DNA from: Vicugna vicugna
Taxonomy: Eukaryota
NCBI GenBank assembly: GCA_013265495.1
Contig: MU058475.1
Location: forward strand, 124,001 to 188,000
Length of the DNA: 64,000 nt
Direction: 5' to 3'
Shown here: positions 1-12,840 of the stretch, one piece after another
Layout of the letters: every line of letters starts with the position of its first letter
Position numbering within the stretch: position 1 is the first letter of the stretch
The notes under the pieces: model-generated
Databases searched by the model: none
Told to the model about the DNA's origin: nothing
What the model saw: the letters and a program-made list of their open reading frames with translations, nothing else
Translations under genes and position numbers: made by a program

Positions 1-227
1 GAACTGCGTCTGCACCTCTGTCAAAGACACAGGGCCATCTCCGTGTGGGTCTATATCTGTCCTCTCTACTCCGTTTGCCCTGTGTGTCCATCTCTTTGCC
101 ATTACTACTGTCTTGATTCCTGCAGCTTTATAGTTATATCTCAGAATCAGGTTGGATGATTCCTCCAACTTTAGAACTCCCTTATTTAAAAAAAAATGTA
201 TTTCAGTTAAGCATGTAAGTCACCTAC

Positions 228-335
228 CTGAGTGGAAAGTGTTTCACCTGAGGTAGCAGAGTAAGAGAGAGCCACCAAGTCGGCACTCCAGTGGGAATCA
301 CTAGGCGGCAGCTGAAGTTCTTTGCAAACAGATAA
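228..335 (-). CDS. NUP133: NUP133 coding exon 4 (108 nt; [36 protein letters not shown]); gene continues beyond the left edge
   Basis: Manual translation. Acceptor ctatag (AG at 336-337), donor gtaggt (GT at 226-227). Phase 0/0 continues exon 3; peptide recognisable as NUP133 N-terminal region. Confidence 0.93.
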
Positions 336-583
336 CTATAGAACAGAGCCAAACAAAACAATCTTTCATAGCAAATCTATTTTTTCTTTTTAGTTTTTTA
401 TTTTATTTTTTCTTTTCAAATCCAATTTTTTGAATATGCATCTGACTTCACTATTTCCTTTCTCTGCATACTTTAGATTCTAATTCATTCTTGGAAATAC
501 CATTCTACAGATATTCTTCCTTCTCACATCTTTTTGATCAGGCTTACATCATCATTTTCAGTGAATTCAAAACAAAATATTTT

Positions 584-740
584 GGGGGAGGGTGTGTAGC
601 ACAGCGGTAGAGCGCATGCCTAGCATGCACGAGGTCCTGGGTTCAATCCCCAGCACCTCCATTAAAGAAAATAATAAACAAATAAATAAACACATAAAAA
701 CCTGATTACCTCCCTCCACCACCAAAAAAAAAAAAAAACT
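584..740 (+). mobile_element. tRNA-Ala-derived SINE (camelid vic-1-like)
   Basis: Head GTAGCACAGCGGTAGAGCGCATGCCTAGCATGCACGAGGTCCTGGGTTCAATCCCCAGCACCTCCA with A/B boxes, (AAAT)n linker, ATTACCTCCC motif and A tail. Confidence 0.88.
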
Positions 741-1310
741 GAAAAAAATTTTTAGGAGATACAGAATCAGGAAAACAACAGCTAAACGAGACCTTAAATA
801 TCAACTAGCCCATCTCTTCCTGGACCAAAAAAGCCCACTGGCTGAAAGAAGTGTGTTGGCTTCCAAAGGAATCTTCCCAGTTTAATCCTGATCTGTTTAC
901 TTAACATTTAAAGTCAGCTTCACTGCAGAGTAAGTGTACCAAGCTGCCTAGAAAACATTTCTTAGACTCAGTCACACATCAGGCCTCCTCTGCTAACTCC
1001 GGATGCCCCCGCAGGACTCCTCCCTCACCTGTGCTCCTGACCACAGACACTGCTCTCTCTGCAGCAGCAGTGCAGAGGCCAGCAGACACGAAGGATTTAG
1101 GTAAGCAGGAGCCCAAATCCCAGTGGAACAGGCAGTGCAAGAGACAATGCCTGATCTGGAGCAGACACGAAAAGAGGATGCCGAGGATATGTAGACACAC
1201 AAATGACAAGCCCTAGGTGAGAAGCTGACAACTGAAAGTTAAACTAGCACTTGTAAAATTGATATCATTTTTTTCCTATTTTATTAAGCATCATCCAAGA
1301 GATTCAGTGA

Positions 1311-1505
1311 CACAACATTATAAACTGACTACACTTCAATTAAAAAAAATAAGACCAAAAAAACAATTCACACAGTGAAATACCATGCAACTATGTAGAA
1401 TGTTGCTGTAGAAATATTTAATGCATGGAAAAAGTTCACAATATATACAGTGAGAAAAACAGGATATAAAATAATACATCAGATATGATCCCAATTAAAA
1501 AAAAA
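1311..1505 (+). mobile_element. Extremely 5'-truncated L1 tail with probable 3'-transduced segment, flanked by TSD AGATTCAGTGA
   Basis: L1 terminus cacaacattataaactgactacacttcaattaaaa, then about 150 bp of other sequence and a second A tail; TSD at 1300-1310 and 1506-1516. Confidence 0.7.
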
Positions 1506-1858
1506 AGATTCAGTGAAAGACATTCCTATTTTCTTAGAAATAAACTCAGCTCATTTAGTCTTAGACTTCATTAAGCAGACTGATTAGCATGCATTCATTA
1601 AAGATGTCAATATCTCTAATTTTATCAAATGTAAATAAAATGGATCTTGTTTAAAATTATTATAAAGGGAGAAACTTTTTTTCCCAACACACAAATGTGT
1701 ATGCAGGCTCAGTATTTCATCTTACTATAAACATGCAAATCCATAATGCTTCAGTAGATTCAAATTACTGTCCTCTATCCACTCTAAAAATTTAGGGTGA
1801 AAATTAACAGCCAATTAGGAATCTTCTATCTCCTTCCAGCTCTCTAAAGAACCATTAC

Positions 1859-1962
1859 CTTCGTAATAGGTGACAGAGCAATCTTCCAAATAATGAGTTT
1901 CTCTTTGCAGACCAGACAGGCCCATCCACCTTCGTCTATGTGAACAGTCAGCTGATCATCAA
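1859..1962 (-). CDS. NUP133: NUP133 coding exon 3 (104 nt; [35 protein letters not shown])
   Basis: Acceptor ctttag and donor gtaatg; phase 1/0 fits its neighbours; peptide matches NUP133 as recalled. Confidence 0.95.
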
Positions 1963-2467
1963 CTAAAGAAAACAAGCGAGGCACAGGTAAGAAAAACTGT
2001 TAAAATTCCTCATACTAAAATCTTCTTTATTGCCAGATTCCTCACCAAAAAAAAAGTAATCACCAGACATGCAAGAGATTAATTCACAACGAAAAATACT
2101 CTTGAATAGTTCAACAGTTACTAATATCCAAAGCAAGAAATTTATTTAACTTTGATAACCACTTATAGAAATATATCTAACACAAAGAGTAGATTTTGAG
2201 CCTAGGTTTAATATTTCTTACTTTTGTTGTAAACAGGTATCTTACTTTTTATAACATTTAGTAACATTTGTAATTTTATCTTGATAAAGCAACACAAATA
2301 ATAAACCCTCTCATTAAATAAAGAAAATATTTCAAGGAAAAAATCATGTTCCTTTAAAAGAACAAGCTTTTCAAATAAGAGCCCTTTGAAAGTATGATAA
2401 ATTACTTCATTATATGGCAACATAAAGGGTAACATTCCGCACAAAATGATAAAACTAAGTAAGTATA

Positions 2468-2979
2468 CAGCAGTCCCTCCTCATCTGTGGTACACTTTTC
2501 ATGGTTTCAGTTACCCATAGTCAACTGTGGTCCAAAATGTTAAACGGAAAATTCCAGAAGTAAACAATTCATAAGTCTGTGATGAAACCTTGCACTGCCC
2601 TGCTGCATTCTGATGGGGAGGGTATCCACACCATGCCCAGCCCCTCCCATTAGTCACTGGGTAGCAGTCTAGGTGATGAGATTCACTGGCACAGTATCAC
2701 AGTGCTTGTGTTCAAGTAATGCTCACTTTACTTAAAAATGGCCATAAAGCACAGAGAAGTGATGCTGGCAATTTGGATATTCTCCTAGTGTGCAGATTTT
2801 ATAAATTTATAAATATTCTCTTATTGAGCAGATTTTATAAGTTTAATTTATAAAAATTAAACTTTCCACGAGTACGTGCAGGAAAAATCACAGTATACAC
2901 AGGGTTTGGTGCGAACCGTGGTTTTGGGTATCCCCTAGGGGTCTTGGAAGAGATCCCCATGGATAAAAGAAGACTACTC
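2468..2979. mobile_element. MER44-like (TcMar-Tigger) non-autonomous DNA transposon
   Basis: TA|cagcagtccctcctcatctgtgg ... ccatggataaaagaagactactc|TA: degenerate terminal inverted repeats with TA TSD; interior resembles MER44 as recalled. Confidence 0.75.
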
Positions 2980-4303
2980 TATGGTTGTTGTACGTGTTGG
3001 TGGTAAACCTGCATAAATGTGTTAACAGTCCTAAAATTTAACTAACTTGAGATTTGCTCTTCGCTTAAGGGTAGGCTAGAGGGGCAAAATGAAAGGCACT
3101 GACAATGTACAAGCTAAAACATCAAACCCACACATAGGCTAAATGCGGGCTTTCTGCTGAACTGGATTATCTGCTCAGTATTTTCTTTTCCTGAAAGCAC
3201 TACAGCTGCTCCAAATCCTCTACTGGTGAATCCTTGAGGACCCCAGCTCGACTCCACGTGGGGAACAATTCTCAAGTTTACACACTTCTTCAGTTTACAC
3301 ATCCTGATTTCTAGATGCTCTCTCCTGACGCTGTGTACTATTTGTTGCTAACATGATCTGGTGGCATGAACCAGGAGTATGTCAAAAGGTTCAAATGCAA
3401 TCTAAGCTGAAATTGTTAGAGGATAATAAAATACAATATGTATGTAAAGCAGGAACAATGGATGACAGAGGTTAGTGGAAGTTTAGGTGTCTGGAAACAA
3501 CCAAACTGAAGCTCCTAGACTTATAGGCAAGATGTGCTAGTTCAGACTGATGAGAAATATTCCTTCTTGTAGAATGCAGCACTTTAAACTTTTCTGACTG
3601 TCATTCATAGTAATGAAAGACATTTTATGTCATGATGCATTCACATGCAATTTAAATAAAACAAACACAATGAGAAGCACTTTGATATTTTGCAACCTAT
3701 TTTATTTCATTTTTTAACAATGCTGTTCATGAACCACTAAACTGACTTCAATCACTGTCTGCAGTTTGAAAAACACTGTTCCAGAAGATCACAGGCTGCA
3801 CTGAACTCTGTTTTCTAGTCACCCCAACTAATCCTTAACATCAACTTTCTGAAGCCTGTGTTGACTGCACCTCCCAAGCTTCCACTCTAATTCTCTGCCA
3901 AGAGAATCTTCTAATGGCACACCAAACCGATAACATATATTCATGCATAGAGCCTCTGGGACACTACAGAGGATCCAGAAATGGAGGTAAGACTTGACTT
4001 TACTGTATTATTAAACCAAATAATGTGAGGCAATAGTTTTTTGGATTTTTTTAAAAAGCTAAACATAATAAACTCCATCAACTTTTGAAACTGGACCGAG
4101 TTTTGCATATACAGTATTTACAACCACAAACGCGTATATGAATTGTGCTAAAATGAATTCATTCTGCTTCTCAAATGTATCATATTTCACAATTAATTAC
4201 AGTGAAAACCAAATAGGCTACCTATTTCTACCCCATTTACGTGAGGATATACCAGAGAAAGCACAAATTTCAATCTCGATGCCAGACCTAGGCTCCGTTT
4301 TTA

Positions 4304-4471
<168 letters not shown>

Positions 4472-5427
4472 TCACGTTATCTCGCCTGGAACTTAAACTT
4501 TTCCATTATCCATTATAATTTTTATGTATATATTTTCACAATAAAGAAAAGTTCTTTGATAAACAAGAAGAAAGACAAAGTATAACAGTGAAAAAAAAAA
4601 CTCCGCCTCTTGTACATTGGGTAATTAAATTTATTTTTCATTAAAAAAAGACTGATAGGATTCAGGAAAACTTGGCTTCAGACTCTTATGCTCTAGTAAT
4701 TAGACGCATGATCTGTTCACTTAGGCTCTTTACAACTCTCCCTCCTTAGCTGTGAAATAAGAAGACTGGAACAGATCAGTGTTCTTCAAATTATGGGTCA
4801 TTTTGAGGGTCTCAATCAACATTTTGGAAAAATAAAACAGAATATAGTCTATCATACATACACTGTGGTCAGAAAAGTTTTATAAGCATTGGGTTAGATT
4901 ATCTCTAAGCTCTCATCAGATGTAGAATTATAAGAATCTACTAGATCTACACAATCAAAAAAGAAATTAAATAGAATTATGAGTACGTGCTATTACCTGG
5001 TCTTCAATAACAGATATAGCAGTAGAAATTACGTTTCCTTCTCACTTTCCTCTTAACATTCAGAGAAACAATGTAAATTTATTAGTATAAAAATTATCCT
5101 ATCTTTTAAATGAGATGCACATACAGAGTGGATGAGAGCACTGTTTCCTGACAGTATTGTAACAAAGGTTTTTCTTTAAATTATCGAAAAGTAAGAAGAA
5201 AACAAGTTTTTAAAGTATGCCTTTTATCCACTGACTTTTCTCAAAACGAGTAGAAAACAATGACAAGACCACCATTTGAAGAACACGTTACAAAATGCAG
5301 AAGCCAAGGATAGTGTATTTCTTAAAAAATCGTTTCTCCTTTAAAGTATTGCTAACGTCTATATACACCTTAATTATAAGTTCAAAACCCAACATTACCA
5401 TTTTCTTGCAGAAGAGAATTCATTTTT

Positions 5428-5600
5428 CCTTTGTGTATACATATCAGTATTCTTTAATTGAAGTAGACTCAGTTCACAATGTTTGTGTCATTGTGTTGTG
5501 GTGCACAGCATAATACGTCAGTCATACATGAACATACATTTTGTTTTCACATTCTTTTTCAGCATAAGTTACTACAAGATACTGAATATAGTTCCTTGTG
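5428..5600 (-). mobile_element. Short L1 3' end with 14-bp TSD GAGAATTCATTTTT (5414-5427 and 5601-5614)
   Basis: Homologous to the other L1 3' UTRs in this window; exact TSD. Confidence 0.85.
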
Positions 5601-6277
5601 GAGAATTCATTTTTGATAGAGGAATTCAAAGGAAACCACTCAAGAAACATGTTAGCTCCTTCTAATATCTAGATTAATTATGAAAGAGTAGACGACAAGC
5701 ATGGTTTCCCGAATGATGTAGACTGGTTGGGCCACGCTTTTATTTGTAACAAAACTACTATCCTTATCTCACTCATTATAGAAAGACTTTTCCCTATTAA
5801 TTTAGCTCCAAAGTTAACTTCCGTAGCTAAAATCTCTTTCCTTATCAATCAGCAGGTATTAATGGCAGAATGGCAGTTAGTATGTTAGGTATACGTGACT
5901 TTGCAGGGTTTGAGGTCCTCTTTCCCATCATCACTTTACAACTGCATCAAGGCATTTCACGTTGACTCCTTTGGCAGGCTTCTGTCAGGTATCCTCGCCA
6001 TTTCATAGATGAAGAGTCATGAGTGACCTACTCAAGATCACAGGGGTACTAAGAGTGAGGCAGGTAACCACTAATCCAAACCCAATTTGTTCTTCAGCTC
6101 TACACAAAGGTAATCTCATGAAAAGTGGAACGCGAAGATTCAGCTAATCAGAGAGGATGAAATAACAACACCAAGGGTGGCGGAGGTCTATTTCACTAAC
6201 ACTCCGGAATTCTCGGCGCCGTCCCGGGTTCCGGCGGGTTCCGGAGGCCCGTGACCCAACCTGGGACGAGCACTTAC

Positions 6278-6459
6278 CGCGAGCTCAGCGAGCTACGACG
6301 GCCGACCGGCGAGAAGAGCGCCGGGGAACTGACTACAGACCCCAGGGCCAGGCCCTTCCTGCTTGTCGATCGGGGCGTGGAGCCAGGCCCGACTCCGCCC
6401 AGAGGCCCCCTTCGGGCTCCGGGTCCCGGGGTCCGCGGAGAAGAGACGGCCGGGAACAT
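6278..6459 (-). CDS. NUP133: NUP133 coding exon 1 (182 nt; [61 protein letters not shown])
   Basis: ATG at 6459-6457 within a CpG island, consensus donor GTAAGT; N-terminus characteristic of NUP133 (contained in track ORF 6274..6540). Confidence 0.96.
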
Positions 6460-6558
6460 GACGCAAGGGAGAGAAGAAAAGGAACGCACGCTCCAACTCC
6501 GGGATGCAGCGCGGCCAGCGCGCGTCGCTTGAACACCCAAGGGGCGGGAAGATGCGCG

Positions 6559-6750
6559 GTGATGACGTCAAAGTGCAGCGCCGAGCCGTGGGGCGTGGTC
6601 GGAGCGGTAGGCTACCGGGAAGTAGTGGCGCTTTGTGATTACGTCAAAGTGTAGCGCCGGGCCGTGGGGCGTGGTCGGGCGGCAGCGTAAAGGGGGAGGG
6701 TGCGGTGTGATGACGTCAAAGCGCGGCGCCTGGCCGTGGGGCGTGGTCGA
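6559..6750. repeat. Three 44-bp imperfect direct repeats (6559-6602, 6635-6678, 6707-6750) separated by 32- and 28-bp non-repetitive spacers
   Basis: Approximate consensus GTGATGACGTCAAAGTGCAGCGCCGGGCCGTGGGGCGTGGTCGG, aligned by eye. Confidence 0.92.
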
Positions 6751-9619
6751 GACGCTGGTCCCTGGAGGGGCCCAGAGGCCTGTGGCAGGTGGACCCCAGA
6801 CTGAAGCGGCAGGAGTCCGGAGTTCCCAGGAAAGTGAAACCAGAAAACCCACGTCCCCATCTCCAATCCGGCTGGCGGGACTGGCCCTCCAGTAGCTTGA
6901 ACGCAAAGCCTGTGTACGCTGCTCTTCCCAGAGCCTCTGGGGAAATGAAAAGTTTTCGTTCCCTGGTCCAAGCTGAGGAGGGAGAAAAACTAAAGCTGAC
7001 AGCGGTTTTCACACTCAGTGTTATATATATCATTGTCTAGATATTTAATTTTCCCACTCAACTCTGCACAGCCTCATCCATGCAAGTGATGCCACAAGTC
7101 CGTATCTTTAACTCAGATCCTGCTCAAAACCCACAGGCTTCTGACAGCTCCGTAGTGGTTGCTTTCACCCGATGTCCTGCAGACTCTTAACGATTCACTC
7201 GTTAAAAGCTGAACTCATGTTTTCCTTTAGGACGCCTGCCCCATTTGGTAAAACTGACAATGGTAAAACTGGCCAATTGCCCAAGGCAAAAAGAAGAGCT
7301 CTTTCCTAGAGTCATTCTACACACTTAACGTCCGCTGTAGCGTCCTGGTACATTGTTCTCCTGAGTATTTCTAGTAGAAACTACATTTGCACTGTCTCTA
7401 CACTGATTCAGGTGCTCACCTTTTCCCTTCGCCACCCCCCCCCACAACTTTTAGCCTCTTTTCTTTGGTCTCCTTGCCTCTATCTAGTCTTACAACACCG
7501 CCAACATCCTGAATTAAGGCAAACCAGAAGCTGCTCTTGGGCTTCTAAATGCTCTGGTAGGCGACCGTTGCCCATATGTAATTTGCTAAGCTCCCACAGA
7601 AGGTCTTGACGATTTAACTCTGGCTGCCTTTTCTGTCCTTCCTCTACTTGCAACACTTCTCACTTGAACTTGACATTCCAAGAATGAAAAACCCACATCC
7701 CTTTCCAGTGCCCTTGCACTTACTTCTTTTGCCTGGAGTGCCGTCCCTCCCACATTGCCCGCAAGCATCTGCCTCTTACATCAAATCTTCCTTCAGTGCT
7801 GCCCTCTCAGTGAAGCCCTCCACAGGGAGGTATCCCTTTATCCTTTGCCCCCTGTGCCCCTACCAGTGGGCTATTTATATTTTTATTCTGCATGATAGTT
7901 GTTTACATAATTGTCTCTCACATAGCTCCTTTTGAAGGTCTTAACAGCTGTTACCTTTGTGCACACCGTAACAGGTGCATAGACTTTCATTAAATATTTG
8001 TTGAAATAAAGAATCCTTAAGTAAACACTGTCGTGTGCATATGTGGGAGACCACAATATGGCTGTCAGTTGTTGGTGTTTACCCAGGAAAGCCATTCTTT
8101 TGTGCACATTAGCAGCTTCTGGGCAGTCAGCTCATCAAAGTCACACAGGGAAGCCGCTTTGCTCCTTCCCCTTGGGTTTATAACCCAAAGTTGCACCTCA
8201 TCTTTGAGTCATAGCTTTTATAGCCCAGTGCATTTCCCCCTTATCTCATTCTTACCCAGGGAATGGGGTATGAGAGTAGCTGTGTCTAAGAAGGTATTTG
8301 TGGAGTAAAAATCTGTTCTTGGGCTTTGATGGACTGGTTAGTAGTTTGCCCACCATCCAGTTATAAAAGTTGCTATTTGCAGGAGCTGGAGCAACTCGCC
8401 AGCACCTTTGTGTTCAAAGGAACTTCCCTTTAGTCTGACTATTGAGTATGAATACTGAAGGCTGGTGAATACACAACACGATGAGTCACTCATTCATTCT
8501 GGACTTATTGAGTCCCTACCATGTGCCAGGCTATGTGCTAAGTGCTAAGGTTTATTAACTGTAAATAAATCAGACATGGGCTCTGCCCTCTTGGAGGTCA
8601 CAGGCCAATGAGAAAGACAGGTACTGAACAAATGAACACAAATTTACGTACACAACTTCAAATGTAGTATGAATGTGTACTATGGAAGAAAAGAGCAGGG
8701 TGTCTGACAGAGAATGACTGGAGTACCTCATTTTGGGGAAGACTGATGAAGGTCTCTGAGAGGAAAGAACATCTTCACCAAGACATGTAGTCAGCCAGGC
8801 TAAGAATAGGAGGAAGAGCGCTTGAAGCAGATCCTCAGGCAAAGGTCCTGAAGCAGCAAAGAGCTTGGTTCATTCCAAGGACTTTAAACAAGCCAACTAA
8901 CCTCAAGTGACTAAAAGAAGGGGAAACTGGGGAAATAAGGCCCATGATGGCTTTGTCAGACTATCAAACAAGATCCAGAGGGAACAGCACCCTCCAGCTG
9001 GGTAAAGAGAGTTTAATAAAGGACTGCCAGAGATTGCATAGAGCCCTGAGACTTCTAACAACAGATGGGCCAAGAAAGGAAGGCGTCACCAGAACCTGTG
9101 ATAAAGGGCCACCTGCCAGAGTTGTGGCCTTGGGTCAGGAGATGCAGCCAACTCATGGCTACCCAGAAGGGGACTGGGGCTGTAAGTATGGTGACCTCAC
9201 TCTTCTCCTGCCCTCCAGCCATCTGCGGAGGCCAGAGTGTGAGGGAAGAGGACAAGAGTACAGTCCCTGGCAGCCCACCTCCTGGAGTGTATGATGGAGG
9301 CAAGCGGAAGAGAAGATATGGACGACAAACGCCCTGGGGCAGCGTAAGTGCCTCTTTATCCACCCCCTCCCCCCCAGGGTTCCACCTTTTCCTGGTGGCT
9401 ACCATTTCCTTATCGACCTTTTTACCTTATTTTATCCAGTGTGGCCATTTACACTAGAAATCCAGAAGAAAGGGTAGTGTAGGGCAGTAGCTCTCAAGTC
9501 TAAGCAAAGCATCCATTTGTTCTTATCTCGTGGCAATGGAACTCTGTGAGTTAACTCTAAATTTCAGTGCAATTTAAACATCCTTCAAGCAGTGAGGAAC
9601 GCTTGAGGTGTTTTCACTG

Positions 9620-9860
9620 GTTCTGGGATCCGCAAACTTTTTCTATCAAGGGCCAGAGAGGAAGACTCTCTGGCTTGCAGGCCATAGTCTCTCTTGCTCT
9701 GAGTGTGGCTCTGTTCCAATGAAATTCTACTTATGGGCACTGAAATTTGAATTTCATATAACTTTCATGTGGTAAAAAATTTTTTTAAACCATTTAAAAC
9801 TATAAAAACCATCCTTGGCTTGTAGGCCATACAAAACAGGTAGCAGGTCACAGCTGGTGT
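9620..9860. mobile_element. MER58-like hAT-Charlie DNA transposon
   Basis: gcaaactttttctatcaagggccaga...ttgcaggccata...ctgttccaatgaaattctacttatgggcactgaaatttgaatttcatata resembles MER58B as recalled. Confidence 0.6.
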
Positions 9861-10550
9861 GCCTCTGTGCTGGCTTCGGGAGGGAGGCCCAGTCAGCACC
9901 TAGCACAGGATCTAACAAAATAGAAGATGCTCAGTGAATGTTTACTGAACGAGTTGAGTGGTGATTACCAGCTAAACTTCACGATGCCTGATATAAAAAC
10001 ATGTAGAAAAACATCCCCAAATGAACATTTACTGTGTAGTTTCCACATACCTTTTTCATAAATATACTTAATGTTTTGTAACAGTTACATTCATTGTCAC
10101 TTATTTCTAACAGCTTTGGCATTTTCCTGGAATAAAGTGGTTTCCCAAAATGGAGCCCTACTTTGTAAAACAGCATGTTCAAGGGTATGGCCTGTAATGG
10201 GTTACCTTGAGATTACTTCCTGGGAACCAGTCAGGTCCAAGGTCAGAGACCTTGCACACAGAGGAGCCTGGAGAGTAGACAGCAAAAACCACGAAGCTCA
10301 TTAACGTGACATTTTATCTTCACATGTAGGCTTTCAGGTGATTTAAATTTTCTTTTTGCTTCTTCTTGTCTGCTTCTAAATTGCTTACATAAACATACAT
10401 GTCCTTCACCGGCTCTCCATGCACACAGGATGAAAACTAAAGGGTTCCCTCATGGCACTGATGGCCCAAGACCCAGCCCTGCCTGTCTCTCTCTCCTTGT
10501 GCACAGCATCAGTGTGAGCTACCTGGCAACTCGCTCCTGCTTCTTTCCTC

Positions 10551-10686
10551 GTGTGGGAGTGGGGATAATAGGTATTTGTTTATTTATCTGTTTGATTTAT
10601 TTATTTTTAATGGAGGTGCTGGGGATTGAACCCAGGACCCTGTGCATGCTAAGCATGTGCTCTACCACTGAGCTCTACCCTCCGCC
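10551..10686 (-). mobile_element. tRNA-Ala-derived vic-1-like SINE
   Basis: Reverse complement of the same SINE head and AAAT linker. Confidence 0.87.
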
Positions 10687-11171
10687 TGTCCCAGGTATTT
10701 CTTTAAATTACAGGGTTGTCAAAGGATCAAATGTGGTAACATGTGCAAACACGCTGGAAACAAAAAAAGGGGCACCAAACAGTGTTAGTTACAACACCTC
10801 TGACATCTAGCTAATTTCTTGTGATTAATTTTTATACCCCCGACTTCTACACTAGAAGCTTCCGGAGGGCAGATACTGCGCCTTACTCACCTGCCATCAG
10901 CTCCACAGCACAGTCCCTTGTCCATCGTGGTGACAGCAACTGTACTGTACTGAAGCAACTGAACAGAATGTTTATAACAAGCAAGTGAGGACATTATAAA
11001 TCTTAGATCAGGAGGAAAGGAATGGAGCTTGCAATTACTACTCACTTTTCTGTATTTGTAATGTTAGTTTTTTCTTTATTCCTGAATCTTCATAGCTAAA
11101 TTCTAATAAGAAGCTGAATGTAATAAAGGTTTTACAGTAAGTGACAGACACAGATCAAGTTCACTATAAAT

Positions 11172-11177
11172 TTTAAT
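11172..11177 (-). terminator. Probable ABCB10 poly(A) signal ATTAAA (3'UTR about 1.68 kb); alternative AATAAA at 11075-11080
   Basis: ATTAAA on the minus strand followed downstream by GU-rich sequence (gatctgtgtctgtc); the AT-rich, repeat-free UTR-like stretch ends here. Confidence 0.55.
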
Positions 11178-12840
11178 TCATGATATAAAATGTTACTTTA
11201 AGGACACAGCTGAACATATTGTTTTAGAAAATAAAATATAACAATCAAATTCAATTTTGTAAATACTTCTATGGCACAGAGATTTCCCTCAGACCCAACC
11301 TTGTAATTGTGTTTTACCTGCTTTCTGAGAACTACACCATAATAGTAAACCATGAAAAATATACGTAAAGCTTGTTAAAATGATTGTCACAGATGTCTGG
11401 TTTACTGATTCAAAGAACGCTGAGTTTATTCACCCACTGAATTCACTTTAGTCATTAACAGATTCCCTTATGTAGAATGAAATGTAATATTCCATGCTGA
11501 CCATGAAATAGTGGTTTCTTCTTCCAGCATAATCAGGAAACTAACGAACACTTAGTCTATGAGAAAACATTCATTTTAATTATATCAACATAGTTATTAC
11601 TTCTTAGGTTCTGGCATTATTAATGTAGAAAAAGTACTTTTTCTTGAGGCAACAGCAAATTAATAGCACTGATATGAAATACGGCAAATGCAAAGGCTGT
11701 CAGCATTACTTTAGGAATTTTGAGACATTTAGGTGAATAAAAATATACCCATATATAAAAGAAAAATGGTTAATTACTTCCTCTTTTCAGAAGAGTGACA
11801 AGTTCTTAAGGTTTCTTGATACTCTGTAGAATGGCAAGAACTAAACTTTCTTCAAATGTTTTAAGGTTGAAAATTACAGTTATATTAATAATTTCAGATA
11901 TTAGCCTCACTGAGTGAAATTTCAAAACTATTTAAATAACTGATAAAACAGCTATAAAATTTGGCTAGGAATTATAAGCTTTTAAAAGATAATTTTCAAG
12001 GTACAGGCCTCCAGACAACATAAATGTAAAAGTCATTTTTACATCTTTCTTGACATCTGCCAGTTCATGCCTCAGTTCCCAAAGTATTCATAGAAATAAA
12101 TATGTGAACAATGAAAACAGAAGTTTTCATATTCAAAGGACGGGGCTTCTTCCCTTTTTAAAACTCATCAGGCTCTCATGTGCCAAAGATGTTGAAAACT
12201 ACACACATCCAAACACAGTATCATCCCAGAGGAACACATGTTCCTAAGCTTTCACACCTTTGGAGACAGAAGAGATGAGGAGTTTAATGTTCCCTTCTCG
12301 CCGTGTGATGTTAGCTATTTCTGTATATATATTAGGTTTCCTCTATGAGACTACCAGGTTAAACTAAAGGGTTACATTTTCACCTTCTATTCTGCTACCT
12401 GGTAAAATGAGACCCGAAGTAGAACACTAAGAGATTACACAGTGCCTGGTAAACTGGCCTACAATAATTAGGCTCTTTATTTATAATTCCCTCTTAAAAG
12501 CTGTCATCTGACAGTAGGTTCAATTTAAAACAGCAGATGAAAGAAAATGAGGTGCCATGCTATATTAATTAAAATATTCCAAGATAAAAATATAAAACCT
12601 GAAAATAACTTCAGTGCTATAGACATTTAGAAAGTTATAGTTACTAAAACTCTGAATAAAAAGGTCTTGAGAACAAGGACATCTCAAAACAATATTTTAT
12701 GAACTTTGGGAAAAATAGGCAGATTTCAAATAACTTGAAGTATGATTTAAAGATTTCATACAGTCTGAATTTCTTCTTTTTTCCTGTAATGCTGGTTTGC
12801 TTTAAAGTCTCTCATATTCAGTGTACCAGTAATTGCTGCT

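Larger units (their letters stand above)
6200..6900. promoter_or_regulatory. NUP133 CpG-island promoter with CRE/ATF sites (TGACGTCA 6563-6570 and 6711-6718; TTACGTCA 6639-6646), three GGGGCGTGG GC boxes and an E2F-like GGCGGGAA (6543-6550)
   Basis: High GC/CpG density around exon 1; motifs read directly from the sequence. Confidence 0.85.

Noticed and set aside
584..661. tRNA-Ala gene (also at the other eight SINE heads)
   Set aside because: Each copy has a shared non-tRNA linker and most have an A-rich tail, several have TSDs, and the stems are degenerate; these are SINEs.
6559..6750. CRISPR array (44-bp repeats with about 30-bp unique spacers)
   Set aside because: Mammalian CpG-island promoter, only three imperfect units, no cas genes or leader; the repeats are made of CRE and GC-box motifs.
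6251..7040. Multiple overlapping ORFs at the NUP133 promoter
   Set aside because: CpG-island artefacts; only 6278-6459 (-) is supported.
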